Shown piece by piece: positions 39,675 to 51,140 of a stretch of DNA of 64,000 bases. Source of the stretch: Histomonas meleagridis 2922-C6/04-290x. Its lineage: Eukaryota; Protista; Parabasalia. The stretch spans positions 620,001-684,000 of the forward strand of contig JAANOX010000280.1 of assembly GCA_020184695.1 (NCBI GenBank), read 5' to 3'. The stretch's first letter is position 1; each line of letters starts with the position of its first letter. The notes under the pieces are model-generated. The model saw nothing but the letters and a program-made list of their open reading frames with translations. It had not been told where the DNA came from and did no database searches. A program made the translations under genes and the position numbers.

Positions 39675-40493
39675 TTATCAGTGTTTTCAGTTAACGATAC
39701 CACCTCCTAAGCCGGTCGTTATTAAAACAAAAATTTTCAAGGAATGAATCAAAATCAATCATAAAAAATCTAAAATATAAATATACTTTATTTATGAATT
39801 CTAGAATAATAAAATTATAAATAATAATAAAAAATGGAATACAAAAATTTTGGTTTTGTCTTTTTTGTCCCCTCACATGTTCCTACTTTTTGAATTTGTG
39901 TAAAGTGACCACTTGAATTGAATAATTAATTAATTTCTAATCCTCTGAGGAATACAAAAACCTGGATAAGAAATCATTCGGCAAAATTCTAACAATAAAC
40001 AAGATTATTTTAGAGTGTATCTCAAAATAACTTTCTCATAAAGGTTGCAGAATAAGATTTTTTTTAAAGTAAATAAGTAATTACTTAATATGCAATTTAT
40101 CAATATCAATATTTTTTAAAATGGTAAACAATTTCCCTCTTGGAGATAACTATTATTCTAAATATTTATTTTTAAATTAATTTTCATAAAAAAAATCTTG
40201 AATTTACATTTTATATTTATATTCAGCAGAATTAAATTTATTCAATACAAGATTTAAAGAGAAACATACTTGTTTTATTTAATACTTTTAATATTTTTAA
40301 TTCTTAATTATAAATTAATGATGGAAATTTATTAAAAATATTATATTAAAAATTCTTTTTTGGTTTTTCGTTCATGCTTTATTCTGGTGATTTTATGCTT
40401 CTAACTAAAATAAATAGAAAACATTACAACCAAGAACATCCGAATAAAAAATTCACTTCATAAAAAACATGTACGTTTAAAATAAAATTTTGG

Positions 40494-41225
40494 ATGAGAA
40501 AAAGAAAATTTGGTAATCAATTCAATCAAGATGTTTACTCAGTTGATGATATGCCATTTCATAGTGAATCAGATGGTTCATCACAATACTTTGAAAATAT
40601 TATGATTAGAAAAATTACTCCGAATGAAAAAAATCAATCTTTGACAAAAAAAAGAATAGAACCCAAACAAATTGATGATGCTGTGGTTAAGTCATTAATA
40701 CGATTATGTAATTCGGTTCAAGAATGTTTTGCGCTAGATCATCAAACAAAAATTGTGGAAAATAAAACCAAAGAATTACGCTCATCTCAAAATATGCGAC
40801 AAGAAAAAGTCAATCGGCTTAAGAAAGAAAAGGTACAAAACGAAATTCAAACTAGGAAAAAAATACGTGAAATGAGAATAAAAGGAAAAGTTGAAAAAAG
40901 AATTCAGAAAGCAATGTTAAATACAAAACAAGACATAAAAGAAATGAGAGAAGAGCGAAAGAAGAAAGAGGAGAACGAAATGAAAAATTTGGAATTTGCA
41001 GAATATGAACTAAATAGAATAATAAATCTCGAAAACGAAAGAGATGAAAATAGAATAAACAACAAACGAATACGCAACAAAGCAATGGCAGAACAAAAAA
41101 GACGTATCTGCAAAGAAAATGTTGAAAATTCCGTTACTTCAATAAGGAAAAATTTGGACATCATAGATTCTGCGGTTGATGCTGCTCTGAGTCGTCGTCT
41201 AGCCAAAACTAAGAAACTTGTTTGA
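40494..41225 (+). CDS. Hypothetical charged coiled-coil protein
   Basis: 243-aa ATG ORF rich in K/E/R heptads. Confidence 0.7.
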   Translation: MRKRKFGNQFNQDVYSVDDMPFHSESDGSSQYFENIMIRKITPNEKNQSLTKKRIEPKQIDDAVVKSLIRLCNSVQECFALDHQTKIVENKTKELRSSQNMRQEKVNRLKKEKVQNEIQTRKKIREMRIKGKVEKRIQKAMLNTKQDIKEMREERKKKEENEMKNLEFAEYELNRIINLENERDENRINNKRIRNKAMAEQKRRICKENVENSVTSIRKNLDIIDSAVDAALSRRLAKTKKLV

Positions 41226-41430
41226 ATTTATTTAAAAAAATGTTTGCACTATAAATTTTTGTTTTTTAAAATAATGCTAAAAACATTTTTAATGTTCGCT
41301 AATTATATCCAACAAAGAAAATCTTTTTTTGATAATTTGGGTTGAAAATAAAATTTATTTCACATGACATTTCTTGTTCGAATTGCCCTTTAAGGGTAAT
41401 TTTGAGACAGATGGTCAGCCTTTTTATCCC

Positions 41431-41994
41431 ATGGCCGAAAAAGAAGCTGCTGCTGCTCCAGCTGAAACCAAGGTTGAAGAAGTAAAGGAAGAAGAAAAGG
41501 TCGAAGAAGTCAAGGAAGGCGAAAAGACCGAAGAAACTAAGCCTGAAGAACCAGTTGCTGCTCCACGCAAAGTATCACGTGCCGAAAAGAAGATGAAGGA
41601 AGCTCTCCTTAAGCACAACCTCAAGCCACTCGAAAAGGTTTCAACAGTTATGATGAGAAAGGGTGCCCAAATAATGTGGACATTCGCATCACCAGATGTC
41701 TATTTCATTGATGATGTTTATATCGTTTTCGGTGAACCACAAATGCAAGACCCAGGCGCAAAGGCTGTTGAACAACTTAGAAGCTCTGCTGCTGCTCAAG
41801 AAGCTGCTCCAGCAGAACCAGCTGCCACTGTTGTTGAAGATGAACAAGAAGGTGAAGTTGATGCCACAGGTCTCAAGGAAGAAGATATCAATACAATTAT
41901 GCAACAATCCAATGTTTCCCGTGCTCGTGCTGTCCAAGCTCTCCGTGATGCTGATGGTGATTTGGTCACAGCCGTCATGAACTTGGCCTTATAA
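41431..41994 (+). CDS. NACA: Nascent polypeptide-associated complex alpha subunit
   Basis: SRAEKKMKEALLKHNLK, SPDVY..YIVFGEP, C-terminal UBA EEDINTIMQQSNVSRARAVQALRDADGDLVTAVMNL. First ATG 41431. Confidence 0.93.
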   Translation: MAEKEAAAAPAETKVEEVKEEEKVEEVKEGEKTEETKPEEPVAAPRKVSRAEKKMKEALLKHNLKPLEKVSTVMMRKGAQIMWTFASPDVYFIDDVYIVFGEPQMQDPGAKAVEQLRSSAAAQEAAPAEPAATVVEDEQEGEVDATGLKEEDINTIMQQSNVSRARAVQALRDADGDLVTAVMNLAL

Positions 41995-42125
41995 GTAAAG
42001 CCAAAATGAATTCATTATTCATCATAATTTTAATCTTTATTTTTCACTAAGTTTGTTCTAGTAAACTTCACAATTATTTCTTTGAAATATTTCATTGGCT
42101 TTGTTTGAATTTAAATCAATAAAAA

Positions 42126-42677
42126 ATGTCTGGAACAGGAAGACCAACATACAGAAACAGGAAAGGGTCAGCAAACCCAGCAGCAGCATACATACCAACA
42201 ACGCATGTTATGGCACGAGATATGCCTGGTCATCTCAAAATTAAAACGAGAGAAAAAAAAGTTTTTAATAGAGAAGAATTACAAAAAAAGTTAAAAGCCC
42301 TTGAAGGAGCAAAAAACAACTTTGAAGAAGTAGGAAATTTCGAAGATGAAGATGCAGATGAAACAGAATCAAGTTTTTCTGATGATTCTGATTCTGATGA
42401 TGATAACAACGCACTTCTAAATGAACTCAACCGTATCAAGAAAGAAAAAGCTGAAGAGGAAGAACAAAAACTTAGAGATGTTCAAGCTCAAGCGCGTGCA
42501 CAATTTACGGCAAATCCATTGATGGATCCTGAATACTCCATGAACCAAAAGTGGACCGAAGAATCTGTTTTCCAGAATCAAGCTGTTAATGAGCCTAAAG
42601 AAAACAAGCAATTTGTTAACGATCTAATCAGAAATGATTACCACAAGAAATTCCTAAGGAAATATCTAAGAGTATAA
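42126..42677 (+). CDS. CWC15: Spliceosomal protein Cwc15
   Basis: RPTY...ARDMPGHLKIKTR N-terminus and KWTEESVFQNQA...FVNDLIRNDYHKKFLRKY C-terminus. Confidence 0.9.
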   Translation: MSGTGRPTYRNRKGSANPAAAYIPTTHVMARDMPGHLKIKTREKKVFNREELQKKLKALEGAKNNFEEVGNFEDEDADETESSFSDDSDSDDDNNALLNELNRIKKEKAEEEEQKLRDVQAQARAQFTANPLMDPEYSMNQKWTEESVFQNQAVNEPKENKQFVNDLIRNDYHKKFLRKYLRV

Positions 42678-42795
42678 GGATAGCTTTAAGGTTATGTAAA
42701 CATAATTATTTTTTTATAAAAAAACAAATTTTATCCAAAACATTAACGGTCTCCGGGAAACCGTTAAAATACGTTATTTCATCCAATTGTAAATT

Positions 42796-43530
42796 TCAAT
42801 TATTTGTGTTACTGCTGAGCAATTGTATTTGTTTTTTAAAGATTTCAGTAGCAGTTATAAATGCACTATTTGTAAATTGAGCTTTTATTTCTTGAAACCA
42901 TTGCCTGAGCTCAGGTGGGATTTCTATTTTAAAATTCTTATATACGTTCATAGCAGAAATGCAAGCAATTACTTGCGGAGGAACTTTGAAAAAATCAACA
43001 GTTGGAATAAATGCGGAAGCAATTTTCTCAAGATTCATTTTGAAATCAGAATTTTCTTTTTCTCCACTAAAATTAACATGAGGATAAACATACTCTTTGA
43101 GGTAGAAAAATGGAAGGTCAACATCAGTTTCGTAATTAAGACATTCAAGAAAATCAAGTTCGCATTTTGTTACTAATTGTTCTTCTTCATCTGTGATTTT
43201 GTCTCTTGTTCCAATATCAAGAAGTTGAAAAATTTCTACAAGGTGAGGCTCACTGAAAATACCATTGGCTAAATATTCTTGACACCCACGAACAAATGAG
43301 ATAAACAAATCTCGGATATCGCATCTTACTTCATTGTTCTTACAAGAAATTAAGAACGCAGTAATAACGAGAATATATGTATCATATATAACGTGATTTT
43401 CTGACAATATGTATTTTTGTAATAAAATAAATGCGCTAGAAATACAAGGGTCAACATCAAGTGAATAACTATATCTCATACGAAGCATAACAAGCCATGT
43501 TGCCTTGCAATGATCTCCATCCCAATTCAT
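42796..43530 (-). CDS. Cyclin-fold protein (transcriptional cyclin-like)
   Basis: SSAFILLQKY...VITAFLISCKNNE and CELDFLECLNYETDVDLPFFYL match the cyclin box. Confidence 0.8.
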   Translation of the reverse strand: MNWDGDHCKATWLVMLRMRYSYSLDVDPCISSAFILLQKYILSENHVIYDTYILVITAFLISCKNNEVRCDIRDLFISFVRGCQEYLANGIFSEPHLVEIFQLLDIGTRDKITDEEEQLVTKCELDFLECLNYETDVDLPFFYLKEYVYPHVNFSGEKENSDFKMNLEKIASAFIPTVDFFKVPPQVIACISAMNVYKNFKIEIPPELRQWFQEIKAQFTNSAFITATEIFKKQIQLLSSNTNN

Positions 43531-43745
43531 GAGTGCTGATGCAATTTGTTTCGAAAAGGAAATTTTCTATTGTTACATTAATTTCAATATAATTTGATCG
43601 CAATTAACGTTCCTTGAAAAAAATTGTTGGAATTTGATGAACAAAATTTTATTTATGAACTTAATAAGTCGTTGTTACCAATGACTTATTATTCGCCTGC
43701 ATTTTAGTCGTTTTATTTTTTTTTTGAATTAATGAATTTCAAATT

Positions 43746-44363
43746 TTATAATCGCGCTTTTAGACCACGAATTTCAATTTCACGCTCTTTGATCATTTGC
43801 ATTAGTTTTACATATTGTGGGAAATTGCTTAAATTATTTTGAATTTCTTCTTTTAAGCGTGCATTTTCTTCCTCAATCTGATCAGTAGAATCAGATATTG
43901 TTTTACTTGAATTCACTAATACATGAGTAGTTGGTTTGGATGCGTTTTCGGTCTTTGGAGCTGCTTCCATAACAGATTCTGGATCTTGAATCAATGATTG
44001 ACAAAAATCATGAGCATCTTTGAGTCCTTTTTCTTCCTCAAGCTTGTGAACCAAAAGGTCAATTGAAATTCCTTTCTCCTTTGCTTGCAAAAAAGCATTT
44101 CTAATCAAAACAACAATAGTATCTCTTTGATGTTCAAGTTTCCTATCCATAATATTTTCTATAAAATCAGGTACATCGCCAAGAGCATCAATAATTTGAC
44201 TTCCAGTGTATGTATCTTCTTGAGTAATCCTTGAGTCAAGAAGATCATTTAATTCATCTGTAACTTCGCTTTTAGTTGATTTTCTATTTGCCTTTTCGAA
44301 TTTAAGAAACTCTATTAATTGCTTTAAATGTTCTTGATTAATTTTGGAAAATTCGGAATCCAT
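43746..44363 (-). CDS. LZTFL1 (BBS17)-like protein
   Basis: FLKFEKANR...DLLDSRITQEDTYT, VVLIRNAFLQAKE, C-terminal QYVKLMQMIKEREIEIRGLKARL follow the LZTFL1 pattern. First ATG 44363. Confidence 0.7.
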   Translation of the reverse strand: MDSEFSKINQEHLKQLIEFLKFEKANRKSTKSEVTDELNDLLDSRITQEDTYTGSQIIDALGDVPDFIENIMDRKLEHQRDTIVVLIRNAFLQAKEKGISIDLLVHKLEEEKGLKDAHDFCQSLIQDPESVMEAAPKTENASKPTTHVLVNSSKTISDSTDQIEEENARLKEEIQNNLSNFPQYVKLMQMIKEREIEIRGLKARL

Positions 44364-44408
44364 TTTGTTTTTAACAGACTCTGTTCGCAATGGGAAATTG
44401 TAAACGTT

Positions 44409-45518
44409 ATGGAAAGAAAGAAAAATCAAATCTCATTTGCTCATAAAAAACTTAAGAATTCCAATTATTTATACATTAAAAAGAACACAAAAATATTAAA
44501 TTTAACAGATAATTTATTTATTAATTTCGATGGAATTGATTTTCCCGATACGTTGGAAGAGCTTATTCTAGATAAAAATCCAATAATATCATTCCGTAAT
44601 TTTCCCGAGCTTCCTAAGCTTAAGAGCCTCTCATTAGTTAATACACCAATATCTAAACTTCAAAATTTTCGCACATTTGCATTAATCGTTACAGGTGAAA
44701 CATTAAAATTTCTAAATGGCGAAGTTGTCACATCCAAAGATTTATTAAATGCTCGCGAATTTGGTTCAGGTGATACCAATGTATCCGATATCAGAAACCT
44801 TTTGATCAAAGGATTTATTCCCAAAAGTTCGAATATCAATCGCAAATCAATACAAACGCATTTACAGCAAGTCACAGAAGCTCAAAAAAATGATCCTCCA
44901 TCTGTTCAAATCACACGATTTCTTCGATTTTTAGGTTATGACAACACAAACATTCGTTTTTATCTTCGCGAATACTTTTCACCTTATTTACGTACCAAAT
45001 CTCACAATAAACCACCAAAAACCAAAAACAAATTAATGATTCAATACGAACGACAGCAAGAAATCATTGACACACTTGCAGTACAACTTCAATCTCTTTA
45101 TTCCGGCGACGAGATAATGAGTGAATATGAACGAATGGTATCAATAGATGGAAAAGAACTTATTGAAAACGCGGAAATTCTTCGTAAAATGGAAACGAAA
45201 AATGAAACAAATGAAGAAGAAGAAGAAATTAATGAAAACGATTACTATGAAATGAGAAACGCATTGATGGAACTATTGGACATGGAAAGAGGCGCAAGCG
45301 ATGTGGAAATTATCCAGAAATTAAACGAAATGAAAAATAAGAAAATTGATTCAGGTGAAGAAAATTATAATGGAGAAGAAGAAGAACTAAAAATGGAAAA
45401 TTTTGCGTTCGAAACTGAATCAATTGATTTAGTTAGCAACGATTCAGAGAAAAATGAATCGATCGATTCAATTGATGAAAATATATTGGCAATAACAAAT
45501 AATTTGGGTTATATATAA
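44409..45518 (+). CDS. Leucine-rich-repeat protein with acidic coiled-coil tail
   Basis: LNLTDNLF, LEELILDKNPI, LKSLSLVNTPISKLQNFR..LKFLNGEVV (SDS22/U2A'-type LRR cap). First ATG 44409. Confidence 0.8.
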   Translation: MERKKNQISFAHKKLKNSNYLYIKKNTKILNLTDNLFINFDGIDFPDTLEELILDKNPIISFRNFPELPKLKSLSLVNTPISKLQNFRTFALIVTGETLKFLNGEVVTSKDLLNAREFGSGDTNVSDIRNLLIKGFIPKSSNINRKSIQTHLQQVTEAQKNDPPSVQITRFLRFLGYDNTNIRFYLREYFSPYLRTKSHNKPPKTKNKLMIQYERQQEIIDTLAVQLQSLYSGDEIMSEYERMVSIDGKELIENAEILRKMETKNETNEEEEEINENDYYEMRNALMELLDMERGASDVEIIQKLNEMKNKKIDSGEENYNGEEEELKMENFAFETESIDLVSNDSEKNESIDSIDENILAITNNLGYI

Positions 45519-46228
45519 GAAAATTGCGCAAATGATTGTTGTTGTTAAATAATAAATGTTTGAGATAGTAAATATGTGTTTATGACTTTTTGGAGAAGAA
45601 TTCTTCTTTTATGCATTAGAAGTGATGCAATTGGTAAGGATATGTTTGTCTAATTTTTGATCTTTTTATTTAATTATGTTAACTAATTAAATAATATATT
45701 TTATCTATAAAACTTTTTACTTGAAAAATAACTGTTTAAATTTTTTTGTTACTTTTTTTTATGAAAATTATGAAAAAAATGAAATATACCAAATTTATAA
45801 TATAATGAGAATTATAAGAAAGCATTTGATGTTATAATCTTAAAATGAATGGAAATTTATACTTAGGTAATAAATAATCCAATAAAATGTGTACAATTGA
45901 TATTTAAAGGCATAATAATCTATCCTTGAATAAGTTCCCATAACAAAGGTAAATGAGGCTATTTAAGAAAAATATTATCAATTAATTTAAATTAAAAAAA
46001 AATTAAACAAAAACAAAGAAAAAAATTTAAACAAAAACAAAAAAATTCTCAAAATTATGATATATAAAGTTTTACCATACATGACAATATGGATCTTATA
46101 AAATTTACATGAAAGTTCAAATTCTTAATATTGATGTTTTAATCATTCCATAAAAAAAATATTTTGTAAATAATACTTATTCTAAAAATGAAAATGAATT
46201 ATTATATAGATTTTATTAACACATAAAT

Positions 46229-47968
46229 TTATTTCCAGTTTATCTTATGTATATCCATTTCAGTGAATGGCAAATTGCAAAATGGACAATTTGATGTATT
46301 AATGCACTCTCCGCAAAATGTATGACCGCAATTAATGATAATTGTATCTCTTACACGCTTATTGCAAATTGAACAATATTTCAGTTGACTATGAAAATTA
46401 TTCAATTTTTTAATTTCAGATATATTCGATTGTTTCTCTGATTTTAGCTCTTTAATTTTAGAACTCAACAATGAAATATTTTGTTTACATTCTGAATTTA
46501 TCTTCTTTTGCTGTTCTAATCTTTCTTTTTCCCATATCCAACCAGCCGCCTTTTCATTAAAGGTCGATACGACTTTTTCAATTTGGCTTGGAAAAAGTTC
46601 AATGTCTGGGGCACCCGAAACGACGGTTAAGTTTTTATTTAATGTTTCAGAAACGTTTTTTTCGATTACTTCTTTAGATGTCATACATTTTTGTGCCAAT
46701 GTTGATACAGATGCACGTAACTCATTTACTCGAGTCATGTTAGTTGAGTTAGAAACTCTTTTAAGTGAAAATTGCCTAATTTTTTCTTCGAGATCTTTTT
46801 GATATGATTCCAAAGATTCGATTTCTTTTTGTATTGACGTTTGATTTGTATGAAGAAGATTATGAACTTCTCTCATCAATTGTGTAATTTTATTAATGTC
46901 ATCTGTTTTCGAAATTTCATTAAATTTTCGAAATGATGAATTAATAAAATTAACACTTTTAAATTTGTCCATAGGTTTAAAGTTATTTGAATTCTGTGCT
47001 AACTTTTCAAATAATTGTAATTTAGAAAGATCCATAGAAGTTGATTTATCTTCTTCAAGTAGTGAATATAATTCTTCGTTGCCAATTTGGGGTACAAAAA
47101 AAGAATTCTGTAGAATAAGACCGATAGATTTGAATTGATCGAAAAGCTCTGAAATTTGATGCTTGAGATCGAATAGGTTTGTTCGGATTATTGGGGTGAA
47201 CTTTGAGATGAAGTCTTGGAAACTTCGATATTCCGGATTATCGCGGATTATATCATATGGAAGATTTGATATGTAATCTGACTTAAGGAGATTGGATTGT
47301 TTTTCTTCAATAAGCATATTATAAAGCTCTTGATATGTTTTATTAACATCTGATAAAGTTGTTTTAAGTTCTGACGTAATTGATTCTTGCTTCATGGAAT
47401 ATTGAAGATATGATAACGAATATGTGTCTGGTATGTAATCTCGTATTATTTCTTTATTTATGAAACTTAAATTCCTGGAAAACTTGATAAAATATTTCTG
47501 TTCAACCGGATCTGCAATGCAAACTTTGTCACCAAATTTATGAATCACATTTGGAAAGCTATTTTGGAATTGCTGAAATATATTTGAATTTTTTTGAATA
47601 ATAATTTGATCAAATAAATTGTGCATTTCTTGAATTGCTTGTATAACGTTTGAATTGGGATTTATATTTGAAAAATATTGATTAAGAAAATTATAATATT
47701 GTTTTAACATCGAAGAAAAATAACTGTTTTCTTGTAACACAGGAAGAATATTTACATCAAGAAAAAAATCTAATTGCGAGTTGTTGCTTTTAATTGTGTC
47801 TTGGACTTTAATAAATGATGTTAATAAAAAAGATGATAAATTTTGTATATATGCTAGAAGCGATGCGGCTTCGGAATTATTTTGATATTCTTTACATTTT
47901 TGTTCTTCTAGCTCTTTTATTCTACTGTTGATTTCTTTGGAACAATTCTCTGTTTGATGGTCATCCAT
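46229..47968 (-). CDS. Coiled-coil RING-finger E3 ligase (BRE1-like architecture)
   Basis: Long coiled coil ending CSICNKRVRDTIIINCGHTFCGECI...CPFCNLPF (C3HC4). First ATG 47968. Confidence 0.8.
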   Translation of the reverse strand: MDDHQTENCSKEINSRIKELEEQKCKEYQNNSEAASLLAYIQNLSSFLLTSFIKVQDTIKSNNSQLDFFLDVNILPVLQENSYFSSMLKQYYNFLNQYFSNINPNSNVIQAIQEMHNLFDQIIIQKNSNIFQQFQNSFPNVIHKFGDKVCIADPVEQKYFIKFSRNLSFINKEIIRDYIPDTYSLSYLQYSMKQESITSELKTTLSDVNKTYQELYNMLIEEKQSNLLKSDYISNLPYDIIRDNPEYRSFQDFISKFTPIIRTNLFDLKHQISELFDQFKSIGLILQNSFFVPQIGNEELYSLLEEDKSTSMDLSKLQLFEKLAQNSNNFKPMDKFKSVNFINSSFRKFNEISKTDDINKITQLMREVHNLLHTNQTSIQKEIESLESYQKDLEEKIRQFSLKRVSNSTNMTRVNELRASVSTLAQKCMTSKEVIEKNVSETLNKNLTVVSGAPDIELFPSQIEKVVSTFNEKAAGWIWEKERLEQQKKINSECKQNISLLSSKIKELKSEKQSNISEIKKLNNFHSQLKYCSICNKRVRDTIIINCGHTFCGECINTSNCPFCNLPFTEMDIHKINWK

Positions 47969-48387
47969 TTGCAATAACCGATTTAACCGTTTATCAAAAA
48001 AAAAAAAAAAAAACAAAGAAAATCATCTAGTAAATACAAATAGTTTTCTCATATCTCCCCTTTCTTTTGGCTGCCTTTGTAAGATAAAGTTAAATGAAAT
48101 AAGAAAAACTTATTACCAATATTTTGTATCAAAATTAAAATTTTCATTTTTGTTTTGGATCATGGAGGCAATAAAGGGTATGTTATGAATACAAAGTTAT
48201 CTCATACTATTAAGTTAAAGTTAAATTAACAAAATTGATGAATGTGTGGATTTAACGTGCTCCTATAGTCAGATTTTTCTCATTTCTTTTGTTTCCAAAT
48301 TTGGAAATATTTTTTACGAATAACACCTTTTAAAACAACTCAAGACAAAAAAAGAAGGATATATTTATTTTAATTGAAAATAAAGAA

Positions 48388-49125
48388 TTATTGTTCTTGC
48401 ATATGTTCATTGATGTTTTCTCGAATCATGGTTGAACTTAATATTTGTCCACTTCGATTATTAATAAGGGGTATTACATAAAAAGGTATCGTTTGCAAAT
48501 GGTTTTGCTCTCGAACTTTGTTTACATATGTACCACCGCTGTAAGTTTCTTGAGAGAGGATTAGCAATCCAACTTCGTCGCTAGTTCCTGCTGGTCCTGC
48601 TGCATCCTCAATCGCTCTGATATCAATAATTAAATTTTCATTTATCTTGTAAACCAAATCTAGAACATTAGAAGCTCTCTGGTGGAAAGGTTGGATAAGG
48701 TTGTTGAGTTTCTTTTTGGAAGTTTGATGGTTAATTCCAATAATAATTTTAGACTCAGCTAAAATACAAGATGCTGTAATAAGCAAACGATGACCATAGT
48801 GAATGTGATCAAATGTTCCGCCAAAACAAGTAACTTTTACTTGGTCTACATCATGAATTTCAAGACTAATTGTATCAAGTTCAAATTCATTTGGAAAATT
48901 AATGGATTCCTTTGTTCGTGGTATTATGGTAATATTTGATTCTGGGAAATTTTGAAATGCATAGTTATAGATATAAGCAATTGTTGGAATAAGTATTTTT
49001 GGGTGGCATTTTGTTGAGGCCAATTCTACATCCTTTGGCTCCTTGCTGCTTAAAATATTGTCCAATAATTTATTTTGGATTTGGATTTGCGTGTCTGATA
49101 TGACTTGGAAAGGGATGGACTCCAT
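48388..49125 (-). CDS. Phosphopantetheine adenylyltransferase-like nucleotidyltransferase
   Basis: CFGGTFDHIHYGH (HxGH), IQPFHQR, IEDAAGPA, ILSQETYSGG..VNKVR, LSSTMIR: the eukaryote/archaea-type PPAT pattern. Confidence 0.85.
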   Translation of the reverse strand: MESIPFQVISDTQIQIQNKLLDNILSSKEPKDVELASTKCHPKILIPTIAYIYNYAFQNFPESNITIIPRTKESINFPNEFELDTISLEIHDVDQVKVTCFGGTFDHIHYGHRLLITASCILAESKIIIGINHQTSKKKLNNLIQPFHQRASNVLDLVYKINENLIIDIRAIEDAAGPAGTSDEVGLLILSQETYSGGTYVNKVREQNHLQTIPFYVIPLINNRSGQILSSTMIRENINEHMQEQ

Positions 49126-49983
49126 CTGTATCGGTCAAAGCCGTTCAATTCAAAAAGAAAAAGTTCAATTTCCGCATTGAAAAATTTTTGTTGCGGCAAA
49201 ATCTCATCCTTCCATCACTCAGCCATAAGTCGAAACACTAAAATCAAAAATTGCTTCCTGAAATAAAGGTAGCACAACATAAAAAATCTTATAATAATTT
49301 TTCTCTTTTTCATTTGATCTAATTAATACTTTTTTTTAATATATTATATAATACATCATCACTTTGCTAAACAAATTTCATATAAAAGATCATAAACGCA
49401 TGTGTACAGATTTTATTTAAATGAATTTTAATGCAAAAACAATAAATCTTTGTTTGCAAATACTTACCTTCTTATGTTGGTTTAAAACATACAATAATTA
49501 TTCATTTTTTTTTTAATAAATTTTATTTGAATGTAAAATATGTTTCATATCTGTTTTTACTATAAAAAAGATCAGTAAGGATTTGAAAAAATGAGGAATA
49601 AAATGCAGTTGCCATAGGGTTTATGGTTAATTTTTTGCTGAGAGTTTAAATTTTAATCTCAGAAATAAATCAATGTTTGTTGTTTTTGAAGATTTTGTCA
49701 GATTCATTCAAAAGTATTCAAAAAGTGCTAATAATATCGGTTTTGCAATCCGACAAATGACAGAAATTTGTTGGACGATGAAATTACTCACTGAAAAAAT
49801 TTTTACCATACAGAAAATTTCTTGAAATTTAGAAATATTCAAGACAAATTGAAATTTTTCAAATGACAACCCACCAAATTGCACAATTCGGCGTAACAAT
49901 TCAATGAGAAACCGAAAATCGCCAACAAACAGGAATTCATTCAACCATTTTATTGATACAAACAATCGGAATATTACATAAAA

Positions 49984-50541
49984 CTATACAGGCGTATGAA
50001 GTTGGTTGAGCAAATTACTGATTTGATAGAAATCCAAAGGATCAAATTGCTGATCATTCCTTTTTTCTTCAATTGAAATCTGATTTTTCTTCACATCTTT
50101 CCTTTGCAAATATGAACTACTTTTTGTTATCATTCTTCCACAATAATAAAAGTCTTCTTCTGATTTTTCATTAAGTTTTAACGATTTAATTTTCCTTATA
50201 ATAGAATTCCATCGATTTTTAACATTGTTAATTGATCTATTTTGGAAATATTTGGAAATTATTGTCCATTTTGGACCATATTCATTATATTTTTCAAATA
50301 ATATTTGATCTTCATCCAATGTCCAAGGTGAACGATTAACGTTTGGCGATAAATAGAATTTCCACCTTTCTCTACATTGCCTAGGAGTCCTAGTTTTTAT
50401 TTTAAATGAGATTAATTCCCAGTTTTTTGTTCCATACTGTTGGACAAGCTCAATCAGGCTTTGGTCTTCTTCATATGTAAATGTTTTTCTTTTTTTCTTT
50501 AGTTTTGGTTTTACTTGTTGCTTGTTACCATTGGTCTTCAT
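49984..50541 (-). CDS. R2R3 Myb DNA-binding protein
   Basis: FTYEEDQSLIELVQQYGTKNWELI..RTPRQCRERWKFYLSP..WTLDEDQILFEKYNEYGPKWTII..RSINNVKNRW. First in-frame ATG 50541. Confidence 0.92.
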   Translation of the reverse strand: MKTNGNKQQVKPKLKKKRKTFTYEEDQSLIELVQQYGTKNWELISFKIKTRTPRQCRERWKFYLSPNVNRSPWTLDEDQILFEKYNEYGPKWTIISKYFQNRSINNVKNRWNSIIRKIKSLKLNEKSEEDFYYCGRMITKSSSYLQRKDVKKNQISIEEKRNDQQFDPLDFYQISNLLNQLHTPV

Positions 50542-51140
50542 TTGCAAAGTAAACTTTTTTTGAAAAACTTTCCCTCTTGAATTCGATTTTGAATTACAAA
50601 CTGTTTGGATTTGTGTTGTATTCTGGATTTTCAAAATGCAAGTTCACTTAACCGTCCATAAGCACTGGCAAAAAAATAAAAAACTCTTTATCTTTCCATA
50701 CTATATCTGCTAGAGAATTTTCACATAAATAATAATGGACTACTACATATTGTGAATAAATAGATGTTAAATTTTGATGTATATTCACGTGGTCTTTCGA
50801 AATTTGAGTTTCGAAAATCATTTTAACTCGTTTGATAAACGTTCCGTGCACTGAAAAAGTTTCGAAACCCATTCATCGTTCTGAGTTACCCAGAATGCAC
50901 ATCTTCCACACAGAAATTTTGACAAGTTACAATGAACCGATCAATTTTCAGTGAATTTACCCACATTGGCTTCCCAAAAAAATGACGAAAACTCTAATTT
51001 TAGGGATAAAATCAAGATTTGGACGACATTATACACTTTCACTAATTAATCAAATATAATTCACCAATTTAAACAATATCAACACGATTTATGGTAAAAA
51101 TAAAAAATTTAGAATCGACATTAACATAACATTTATTAAA

